A stretch of 57,251 nucleotides of DNA from Chlorokybus atmophyticus (lineage: Eukaryota; Plantae; Mesostigma and Chlorokybus algae): positions 30,633 to 87,883 of the forward strand of contig RHPI01001719.1 in the NCBI GenBank assembly GCA_009103225.1, read 5' to 3'. A program made the translations under genes and the position numbers. How positions within the stretch are numbered: the first letter of the stretch is position 1; every line of letters begins with the position of its first letter. The notes under the pieces are model-generated. The model did no database searches and was not told where the DNA came from. It was given only the letters and a program-made list of their open reading frames with translations. Below are positions 1-9,498 of the stretch, one piece after another.

Positions 1-48
<48 letters not shown>
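1..48. repeat. (TG)n microsatellite
   Basis: Perfect TG dinucleotide run at the window start. Confidence 0.95.
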
Positions 49-56
<8 letters not shown>

Positions 57-829
57 CAAAAGAACGGACAGGGAATGTGTGCAACAGGGGTGTGCTGCTA
101 TGCCGGCATGCATCATGTGCCAAGATATGCAAGCGCTACTCATCACACTTATGGGTAAACACATTCCATTCACGTGGGCGTGTGTGACGTTACATTAACA
201 ACCTCGCTGTGATGCAAGAGAGAGTTTTACCTCTTTGTGTCAAGTTGTTAGCTGGTATACCAGGCATAGGGATGATGATCAACAGACACAAAGCTTGGTA
301 ATAATGCAGCGATTGCGAGCAAGCCTATACTCAATTGTGTAGCTTGGGTAACAGAGCATGCTCTAGGTACCCTGTTTGTGGTGTTGTTGTCGATAGACCT
401 GCTGACAAACATTTGTGGATTGTTATTGCATACTGTACCAGCCCACTACTTGTTAGTATTGCATTAAGCTCACACTACAAAGTATAAATGCATGCACCGA
501 CACCAGGGAAAACTGCTTCCGCTTGTACACTTCCAGATACTGCACTTGCGCAAACGGCCGCGGTGCAGGTGATGCGCATGCATGCATGCTTGTCTAACGG
601 GGTTTGGGCTAGTAGTGAAGTTAGGTAGGTAGTAAGTAGGAAGAGCACCCGGTGGTGAATGTAAGTGTTGTGTGCTGTTGTGTGTGGTGTGCAATGCATG
701 CCTCACATTGTGATACATGCCACAATCTCTGCATCCTAAATATTGTAAACACCCATGCAAATCATGTTGGCATACTCTAAACAGCCTGCAAAGAATTAAC
801 TTATTCAATGTGCAGCTCCTGAGCTGCAA

Positions 830-2862
830 TCACCTGGGCAGCCATCCGTACATAGACGCTAACATACAGAATACGAAGCTAACTACGGTGTAGATACGGA
901 ACGCGCAGGAGGTTACTAGAAGATAGCATATGAGGCTCATGATGGCTGCAAAGAATGTCAGTACTACCCTCTCAAACGCCTTGCTGATTGCCTTTTCCTG
1001 TACAGGTGGCCCTTCAAACGAGCCGGTTTTGTGAAAATGGTGCAACAGCCTGTCCTTCTCAACATACACCTCTTTCATCCACTCCAGTGTTGCAGCCTCT
1101 TCCCTAGGAACTTCACCTACTTCCCACCTTCGCACATGCATGTGCACTGCAAAGCACCCGACAGAACCATATCAGCCAGAGGCCCACACCCTGTTGGTAT
1201 CCACGCAATCAACTCTGCAAATGGCAGACTGCAGCAGCGCATACCTTGGTGAGGGCCTGCGCCATAAACTATGTCACAAAAATAGGGATTCCTGTCTTGG
1301 TAGCCGATGGTGATGTCATAGACAGCATCAATGGTGCCATGGAGCGCTTCCAAGCACGCATGGTAGCCTTTGCACTTTGGCAACAAGACATGCTCCAACA
1401 CAGGCAGATTATGTTCGCGCGCATATGCCTGACTCCGTTCCTTCTTCGCAGGCCTGCATACCAACAACACATCAGTACTACTGTGTCTGTACCAAAGTAT
1501 GATAGAGCACGCAATGCCTGACAATGTGTACTCACGTGAAGTCAGTGCCCTCGGGGAAGACCACCATCCACAGTGGCGTCGCATATCGAACGAAAGATGC
1601 CAGATGGTTGCGGATGTTGATGCGGTCTACCTCCCACTTCCTCTCAACAAACAGGTACTCCGCAAGATGGAAGCCCCACCCGAAAATGGGGGCATTGCGA
1701 ACGGACGACTTGATCATGTACTTTACATCTCCCAAGCGACCCTTGCGCAAAGCGAGACACCACAAGAACATCCAATCCGACTCTGTTGGATGATTGCAGA
1801 GCAGCAAAGCTCGTTCCTTCAAAGGCAACTCTTCACCGCTGAAGATGACCTTGGTCCCATTGAGATGCTCCACTAACAAAGCCCACAGGCTAAGCCACAA
1901 ACCTGTTGTGTTTGTAATTCTCAGCAAAGTAATTCTAGCAGAAATGGACAAGGAGAACAGCTGGACAGCTTGCCCATACCACCTTGCAGCTGAGATGCCA
2001 AAATCATTGCAATGCACGGAATGCACGGAAGCGTGTACATGCAAAGTTGACTGTGCAGACAGCTGCCGCACTACCAGCGCAGCCCGAACAAGACAAATTC
2101 AGACTGTCATTGCGCGCAGCACAGACAATGCTGTTTAACTACACTGCGGCAGCACAAAACCCTAGCCAAGCTGCTGTATACAACCAAAGCCATGGCAACC
2201 ACAGCGAGAGAGACACGCTACAGACACCTGGCTGGCCCACAGACCCACAAGGACGGCCAGCAACAAACACGTAGGCAGTGTCTTAGGGTCGGCTTTGAGG
2301 AGAAGCGCGAGCCTGAAACACGCCTTTGAGGCCAAATTGCTGTTGAAGGTGGCTTACCTATGAGAAAGTGTGTAAGCCTGCGGCCGAGGCTGATGGAGAA
2401 GAGGCGGACGACGACGCAAAGGGGCACGGCGACGCACACCAGGCCAAGAGCAGCGGTGCCCAGCCACATGGCCATGACCAGCATGCCCCGGACTCGTAGC
2501 CGGAGAGTCTTGCGCTTCTGCTGCCAGGCCGCCTTCACGGCGGGCGCCGGCTCGCTCAGCCCCAGCGACTGCAAGCTCACCAGCCGCTTGCACCGCGACC
2601 CCCCGGAGTCCATGGAGTACAAACCTCCCGCCCCGCCCGCCGCGGCAGCACCGACGACGGGCACGCCCATGGCCAGGTCTCCACCTTCACCAGGCCCAGC
2701 CGGTACCGCCCTCGCCTCCACCTCCTGCCTGTCCTGTTCCTTGCCCTCCACCAGCTCAACGGCCGCGTCCCCACGGCCCTCCCTGACAAACAAAGCTGCA
2801 GACGCCCCCACCACCCTCTTCACCGCCGCCTCCTCCGGCACCACCACCGCCGCCGTCATCAT
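830..2862 (-). CDS. LPAT4/5: 1-acyl-sn-glycerol-3-phosphate acyltransferase (LPAT4/5, LCLAT1-like), spliced
   Basis: Exons 2862-2358, 1902-1537, 1453-1245 and 1146-~834 join in frame via GT-AG introns. Acyltransferase motifs NHPTESDW (NHx4D), FVERKW and FPEGTD; C-terminal domain LLPKCKG...VYDITIGY...VHMHVRR. A further 3' exon near 560-470 is possible. Confidence 0.9.
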
Positions 2863-2886
2863 CCCCGCATAGCTGAGGTCCGTCTC

Positions 2887-2894
2887 TAGGGTTT
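2887..2894 (-). promoter_or_regulatory. Telo-box (AAACCCTA) upstream of the LPAT start codon
   Basis: Exact TAGGGTTT, 25 nt upstream of the ATG. Other exact copies at 3440 and inside DIRS repeat A. Function is inferred from plant telo-box knowledge. Confidence 0.35.
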
Positions 2895-3529
2895 GTACCG
2901 CGCACACACAGCTGGAACAAACCCCTGCTCCCGCACTGCCCCCTTTTGCACACAACACCGCCGCGGTACGCGTACGCCCACTGATCAGTCCACTTCTAAC
3001 CGTTGATGTCCTTTTCCTGCGGCGTTTTAAACCAATGTTTGACACATCGCAGTCAAAAGCTGCAAAACATGGCAGAAGGTTATTGCGACGGTCGGGTTCG
3101 GCGAGAGCAGCCGGTTAAATTCGACGGTAAATACGTAGTTTGTCCGTGTTGTGAGGTTAATTGCGTACGGGGTTGGGGCCGCGGGGCTGGCACCCTTTCA
3201 CGCGGAGCTGAACGGGTCGCGCGTCAGCAAGAGGAACGCAGCTGGAAAAGTACACCGCGTCAGTTCAAGAGCACGGCCACGTGCGTACTGTACACCGATC
3301 TGCTTCTGTTGCCAGAAGCCGAACGTTCTTAATCGTACTGGTCCGCGTGCCTGTCAATTCATAGGGTACAACTTTGTGCTGTACTGTATAGTTGTGTACT
3401 GTTGAGGCAGGTTTTACATACTGCGTCGGCAGCAATACGAAACCCTATGGCCGCGCTGTACAGCGTGGTCACCGCACTAGGGGCGATATTCTGTACCGCG
3501 CTGCCTTGTGTATGGTCGAGCTCAGAATT

Positions 3530-3695
3530 ATTATACTACTTTGCATACGATGAACGATTTACATTCCTTTTGTTTCAAACAATTATCCTACCTACAGTCC
3601 AACTTTGGCAAGAACGCCTAAGCCCTACGATCATACGCGTTCATCGTTATAAGTATGATTTACACGATGAACAACTGCGAATGCATTGAACATTC
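3530..3695. repeat. Split direct repeat B (terminal copy, 166 bp)
   Basis: Identical to 4131-4296 except gcaTacg/gcaCacg. Confidence 0.95.
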
Positions 3696-3933
3696 GGGAT
3701 GTACCGACGGTGGCTAGCAATGAAGCGAAATGCCGTTGATGTAACAACGTAATTGCACGGTCAGCAGCACGCCGTTGACGCAACCCGGATCCTATTCAAC
3801 CGAGACGAATGCATTTAGAATCACGATCCACTTATCTCGTTCCTGAGCATGAGCATGAACTTGAAAGCGCAATCGAGACGAGGCGCATAGTTCTTGTGAA
3901 GCGCGGCGGCGCATCAGGGTGGGGCGGGAAGGG

Positions 3934-4132
3934 CGAATTTTCGCCGTCGCCAGCAGCGTCGCCAACAACGCCGCCGCTGAGGTGCCGGCCTCAACTGCTC
4001 TGTTGCTTGACACGTGTGTGTCAAGCAACAGAGGCAAACCCTAACTTAAACTATACGTATTAATCACTTACTTATTAATTTGTTAAACGAAAACTCGCCG
4101 GCCAATAGTTGAAGCCGACGAGTAATGCCCAT
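3934..4132. repeat. Split direct repeat A (internal copy, 199 bp)
   Basis: Identical to 9300-9498 except gtgCcgg/gtgAcgg. Abuts B, sharing the dinucleotide AT. Confidence 0.95.
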
Positions 4133-4296
4133 TATACTACTTTGCACACGATGAACGATTTACATTCCTTTTGTTTCAAACAATTATCCTACCTACAGTC
4201 CAACTTTGGCAAGAACGCCTAAGCCCTACGATCATACGCGTTCATCGTTATAAGTATGATTTACACGATGAACAACTGCGAATGCATTGAACATTC
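4131..4296. repeat. Split direct repeat B (internal copy)
   Basis: Direct repeat of 3530-3695. Confidence 0.95.
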
Positions 4297-4362
4297 TACC
4301 TCCCCCTCCCAAGCATATATCAGTAGGGACGAGTTGTAGGTGTAGAGCCTGGTGTATTTGTA

Positions 4363-5712
4363 TTGCCAAAGTTGCAAATCAAGATAGTTTTGTTTGGTTG
4401 CCTGACACAGTGTTTGATCCTTGCGCAGAGTGCTGCGCGCAGTCGTCTGACAATGTGTGTGATCGTTGTGCAGATGGACTTCGCACAGCGCTTGCAACAT
4501 ACCGCTGATGCACAACGCACCGCACGCGCGACTGTGCGTCCACAGCAAGTAATGGGGTGTAATCTGCGAGAGCGAGCAGCAGCAGCGCTTTTGGAAGTAG
4601 AGCGCATCAGTCGTGAAGCTGTATCTGATGGCACTCGCGACCAACGCGATCGCGTCTGGCAAGAGTTTGCCAACTACCTGCAACATCCTGAGCTCAACAT
4701 TGCCGTCGCCAACGTCACCCCAGCTATTGTCACAAGCTACCTTGCTGGGCACTGGACCGACACACACATCGGCAAAGCTCGCAGGCTCGACCGCCATGGT
4801 CATCGCATGATCGCCAGCACCACACTAGACAATGTGATCTCACATCTCACATGCTCCTTCAGACTTCTAGGGCGCATCAGCCCATGGGACAGCGACACAT
4901 CCACAGGGAACCCGCTTCTGTCCATAGACGTGCGCGAGTTCCGTCAAGGATATGCAAAGATTGCTGCTCGGCAAGGAGTTCAACCTATTCCTGCTGTGCC
5001 ATTGGCAATTGATGACATGCGAACGCTTATCGCATACTTCCAACACCAGCTGTTTACCATACCTCAGCAACTGACAGTCACACATGATAAGGCTGTGCTC
5101 TGGCGCGACTATGCACTTTGCCTATACCTATGGTGCACATGGCAACGGGGTGGTGAAGGTGCGCGTTTACAGATGCACGAGATACAAGCGGCAGGTTCTG
5201 GGTTGACGGCCACTGTAACACATCTCAAGAATTACAGCACTGGAGGTGCACCCACTATACCAGTGCGCAGCAGTGGTTTGCCTGTGGAGTTCTCTGAAGT
5301 GCTCTATGCCTATTTGACCTACTGTCGCGGGAGCTGCTTTGCCATCACCGCTGGTCCTCTATTTCGGCCTGTTGCGAAGAATAGGTTGAAGTGGGAAGAA
5401 CATAGCATGTCTGGTAACTGTGCATACCATGCAATTGCGCGCTGCTGCAAGGCATGTGGCATATATAGGCCGCACCTGGGGTTGCACTCTTTCAGACGTG
5501 GTGCCGCTCAGAGCGCCTTCCGCTGTGGCGTTACTCTGGAAGAAATACAAGCTCAAGGCACATGGAGAAGTTCTGTTATCATGCACCGTTACCTACACGA
5601 AAGGTGCGCTTACCCAATGCACAAAAGCACAAATGTATGGGTAGCGTCCAGGGTTGATGCTGTTTTCGGGTACTCGAGCACCACGTTCAAACCATTCGGG
5701 CCGTGGGCCTAA
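4363..5712 (+). CDS. Tyrosine recombinase of the DIRS-type element
   Basis: 449-aa open frame with WQRGGE (catalytic R), LFRPV, HSFRRGAA (HxxR) and GTWRS...HRY (W and catalytic Y, codon 5590-5592). True start uncertain. Confidence 0.9.
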   Translation: MPKLQIKIVLFGCLTQCLILAQSAARSRLTMCVIVVQMDFAQRLQHTADAQRTARATVRPQQVMGCNLRERAAAALLEVERISREAVSDGTRDQRDRVWQEFANYLQHPELNIAVANVTPAIVTSYLAGHWTDTHIGKARRLDRHGHRMIASTTLDNVISHLTCSFRLLGRISPWDSDTSTGNPLLSIDVREFRQGYAKIAARQGVQPIPAVPLAIDDMRTLIAYFQHQLFTIPQQLTVTHDKAVLWRDYALCLYLWCTWQRGGEGARLQMHEIQAAGSGLTATVTHLKNYSTGGAPTIPVRSSGLPVEFSEVLYAYLTYCRGSCFAITAGPLFRPVAKNRLKWEEHSMSGNCAYHAIARCCKACGIYRPHLGLHSFRRGAAQSAFRCGVTLEEIQAQGTWRSSVIMHRYLHERCAYPMHKSTNVWVASRVDAVFGYSSTTFKPFGPWA

Positions 5713-8015
5713 TCTCTCATAATAAGTGAATTGCCAGTTGCGGAACACTGGCCACCACGCAGCAGAGTGCCATTCAGGCACCAACAACACAGCTGGCAGC
5801 TGGTAATATTGCAATAATGCTATGGCTTCATGCAGGAGGGCCAATGGCGGGTGACACCAAACAAAGCCGCCCCCTAAGCGTTGAAGAACATCGCGCCAGT
5901 TTGTAGTAAGAGCATTGCCCAAACTTCCAGGCATGTGTATGTAACTCAAATAAGCAGGTGCTTTGCTGTTCCAATCAGCTGCAAAACAATCCAAAATTGG
6001 GTGTCCAACACGTTGTTGTACAAGCGCGGTTGCGTCTGCGGTCAGGGCCCAATCTCCTCTGTCAGTAAATTTAGATAATGCATCCGCATCACGCAGCTCA
6101 TCACGTGAGCGCCACACACATGTCAGCGCAATATCACGCTCCCAGCACAAAGACCACAATTGATGTAAAGCTTGTAGGATATGAGGCTCAGAAGCAGACA
6201 GCTTGTTGAGCATTTGAATCGCTGGTTGACAATCGCCAATAATGCGCACTGTACAGTGCTGAAGATCGTGCGTGCGTGCTACTTCAGTAAATGCTTGGAC
6301 ATAAGCGAGTGCCTCTTTGATGGCCGAAGGCAGCGACATATGCTCAGGCTGAAAGTTGCCTGCCATGCGAGGCCAAGGACCTGTCGCCCCCCAACCAATG
6401 GTACCCGAAGCATCCACGTGCAGCTCAAGCAGTACGGGGGGCTTCCACCAAGCGTTGCCATTGTAAGTCTGCAAGCCAGCAGCAGTCCACTCACAGAAGT
6501 GTCTGAAGGCGTTCGTATCACTCACAGTATCGTCCCATGCATCAGCAACCAACGCTAAACGCATCAGCTGGCGAGCATAAATGCTTGCAGGTGCAAAAGC
6601 TAGTCTTAGCGCAATCAATTTGCCAGCAATGCGTGCCAGATGACGCTTGGTCAATATAGGAGCTTCTGCTAACTCCTTCATCAGCTGCAATAGCTTGGTC
6701 AGCTTGCTTGCAGGAATAGCAAAAGAGCCTGCCACAGTGTCCACCAGCAGACCCAACATCTGTACCACCTGCTCCGGCCACAACTGGCTTTTCTTCACAG
6801 AAATATATATTCCAAGCACCTTAAACAGACGCAGTACGCGGCGAATGCGCCAGCACAAATGCCAACGATTGGAATGGCTGAAGTGCATGTCATCAATATA
6901 GGAAAGGCATGGAAAGCTCATAGCCCGTAAAGGCGTGAAGACAGTGGACATCAAGTTCGTAAACAGCCAGCATGCTTGACTCAGGCCAAATGGCAGCACA
7001 TTCCACCTGTATGTGACTCCAGCAAATCGCAAAGCCAAGTAAGGCTTGCTGTCCTCATGAATGGGCACATGATGATAACCCGACTTCAAGTCCGCTGTTA
7101 CTTGCCAAAAGTGGCGCTTTGTGTACAGCAATATATCGCGCAACCTCTCATAGTTGAAGGGAATGTGGCGCAAAAAGACGCTTGGTCAATATACCTCAGG
7201 TCCATAATGAGTCGCAAACGTTTTTCATGCTCAACCACTCCTATGCCAGTGACCACTGCCGCGCTGTGCGCATTAACTACAGAGATTGCTCCTGTTGTCA
7301 CCAAATTTGCCAACTCACTGACAACGTATTCGCGATGTATAGAAGCGGACTTGCGATTTCGAAACACAACTGGTGTTGGGGAATTGCGTGACAGCATAAT
7401 TGTAATATCCTCAACAGCAAAGCCTTCGGCCTGTAACAATGCATGTACTTCTTCCCACTTGCGTCTATCCGATGCTTGAGTGCCGACCCATTGTAAGCGA
7501 TACCCGTAACGCAACCAGTCAAGCACAAATGTCTTCTTGCTTTGCATCGTCAAGTGAAACCATGTGGTCCATGCTGCGAGCTTCTGCTGCAAAGAGGCTG
7601 CCACAAAATTTTCCGCATTAAGAGTTTCGGTGTGTAGCTGCTCTGCCCATTGGGTTGCTGAGCTGGGATGCTCTTCAAAGCCTGTTGACACTTGTGACAA
7701 CTCCGCATATACTGAACGAATGTCCTCTTGTTGCTGTGCAATAGGTAAGCTCGCAACAGTGTGTGGCACTTGTGTAATAACATCAGTGTGCTCCTCTGGT
7801 GGGGACAAAGGGTCCACTGCCAAAGCTGGCATTGCAGGATCCCACTCTGCTTGCATGCAATCATCCTCAAGAATGGCACTAATAGCGACGAGTTCTTCAG
7901 ATGTGCTATGTCTGCGCACATGCCAATCAATTAAGCTATACCAGAAGTGACTATTGGCCTTTCGTATGCGAAATAACCCTGTCAAGTAACATACAGCTGT
8001 GTGTATCATACACAC
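5593..8015 (-). CDS. DIRS-type Pol: reverse transcriptase - RNase H - DNA adenine methyltransferase-like domain, with a 1-nt frameshift at ~7170
   Basis: WLRYGYRL, RLIMDLRY, DLKSGYHHV, LPFGL and YIDD (RT); VDAS, E, IIGDC and DALS (RNase H); DCFA...WCHPPL...LLVPEW (MT). Split over ORFs 7098-8015 and 5593-7173. Confidence 0.88.
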
Positions 8016-8205
8016 ATGCCATTGTCAGCCATGAACAGCTGCACTTCAAGTACACTATAATACATCATCCAAACATGCACACATGCGCAGTTGCGCGCAT
8101 ACATGCATACATGCGCGCTTGCGCCAGCTATGATACACACCAGCACCTGTCGACATCTTCTGCTATTGCACTGTAGCTACTCGGCAGCTGTACTGGCAGC
8201 ATGAC

Positions 8206-9270
8206 TTACTGCTGCAATGCTAGGCGTGGCTGCTCTTGCACGGGGACATAGTATGCCAGCGCTTCCTGGTGAGCAGGCGCAGCCTGTTGATTGTTGTAGC
8301 CGCCTCCGCGACCGTAACCACCACGACCACCGCGGCCGTAGCCACCACGACCGCGTCCACGCTGGAACTGGGTGCTCCCTTCTTCTGTGACGGAGCGCTG
8401 AGGGACAGAAGTCTTTGCCTTTTGCATGGCTGCTTTGCCCTGGAAGCTGTTGGCGAGCTTGGTGAGGCGCCGAATCACCTTGGCTTCCTTGTGTTTGCGG
8501 TTGATGCGGGCGTCGTTGATGATACCTCGAGCCCCGGTCGCAAAAGCTGCTGCAAAGTCCACGCTACCGTGCACGTGCGTGAGCAGCATCTGATACAGAT
8601 ATGACACCAACTGCGCAACTGGCGGACCTGTGAAGAGGGCACGGCCAATCGCCTCGAAGCAAGCCTGCACACCAGTCGAGACCTTGCGCGTGCGGTACTC
8701 CTCCCACAAGGCATATGTCTCTGATTGCTTGGACAGGCGCTTGATGAAGCCGATGTGCTTGATGTATTTCGTATGCCTATCTCCAGAGTCGGAGCTGTCC
8801 GTATCAGAGCTAGATGATGACGAGGAGGTGGATGACGAGGACGACGTGCGTCTCTTCTTGTGCACCTTCTTCTTCCTCTTGAACCTCTTCTTTTTGTTGT
8901 CCTCCTCCTCCTCCGAGGTGGATGACAATTCCACTCTACTACGCTGACGTCGCGGAACCGTGGGCAGCTTTAGCTTGGCAGCTTGCTCTGGCTCTGCAGC
9001 GTTTTCCAGCGTCACCTCTGGCTCTGGCTCTGGCTCTGGCTCTGCGTCGGCCGCATGTGACTTTGGCGGCACAGGCTGAGCCGTACGCCTAGCTACCGGC
9101 GCAGCAGGCTGCGTGGCCTTCCGCGCTGCTCGCCGCTGCTTGGCCGCGCTGGCCTGCCCCTCATCACCGGCCGGTGATGCGGCCTGCTTGCCTGGCTGCG
9201 CAGCTCCAGCAGCCGGCTTCTTTCGGCCGCGCTGCCCGCCAGCAGCCACAGCCCGCCCCTTCGGCGGCAT
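8206..9270 (-). CDS. Gag-like ORF1 of the DIRS-type element
   Basis: Open frame from MPPKGR (ATG at 9270) just inside repeat A. Basic/Ser-rich low-complexity N-half, RGG-rich C-terminus. Called from position, not from a domain match. Confidence 0.7.
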   Translation of the reverse strand: MPPKGRAVAAGGQRGRKKPAAGAAQPGKQAASPAGDEGQASAAKQRRAARKATQPAAPVARRTAQPVPPKSHAADAEPEPEPEPEVTLENAAEPEQAAKLKLPTVPRRQRSRVELSSTSEEEEDNKKKRFKRKKKVHKKRRTSSSSSTSSSSSSSDTDSSDSGDRHTKYIKHIGFIKRLSKQSETYALWEEYRTRKVSTGVQACFEAIGRALFTGPPVAQLVSYLYQMLLTHVHGSVDFAAAFATGARGIINDARINRKHKEAKVIRRLTKLANSFQGKAAMQKAKTSVPQRSVTEEGSTQFQRGRGRGGYGRGGRGGYGRGGGYNNQQAAPAHQEALAYYVPVQEQPRLALQQ

Positions 9271-9299
9271 CTCTCTCTCTCCTCTCCCCAAACTTTCGC

Positions 9300-9498
9300 C
9301 GAATTTTCGCCGTCGCCAGCAGCGTCGCCAACAACGCCGCCGCTGAGGTGACGGCCTCAACTGCTCTGTTGCTTGACACGTGTGTGTCAAGCAACAGAGG
9401 CAAACCCTAACTTAAACTATACGTATTAATCACTTACTTATTAATTTGTTAAACGAAAACTCGCCGGCCAATAGTTGAAGCCGACGAGTAATGCCCAT
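9300..9498. repeat. Split direct repeat A (terminal 5' copy)
   Basis: Direct repeat of 3934-4132. Confidence 0.95.

Larger units (their letters stand above)
3530..9498 (-). mobile_element. Tyrosine-recombinase (DIRS order) retrotransposon, PAT/TOC-like with split direct repeats
   Basis: Read on the minus strand: A(9498-9300) - gag - RT/RH/MT - antisense YR - B(4296-4131)A(4132-3934) - 238 bp spacer - B(3695-3530). Each repeat pair differs by 1 nt. Confidence 0.92.

Noticed and set aside
2-198. ORFs such as MCVCVCV and the many HT/CV/RA-repeat ORFs across the window
   Set aside because: These are translations of intronic or intergenic microsatellites.
3003-3332. 109-aa ORF with CPCC, divergent from LPAT
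   Set aside because: No recognisable domain or splice support; it lies in the LPAT upstream region.
3290-3529. Missing left end of the CACTA derivative
   Set aside because: Only weak tggtc-like words are present, with no convincing CACACG TIR.
4036-4044. Telomere or telomere-associated (TATE-like) insertion
   Set aside because: Only a single AAACCCTAA unit is present, with no tandem array.
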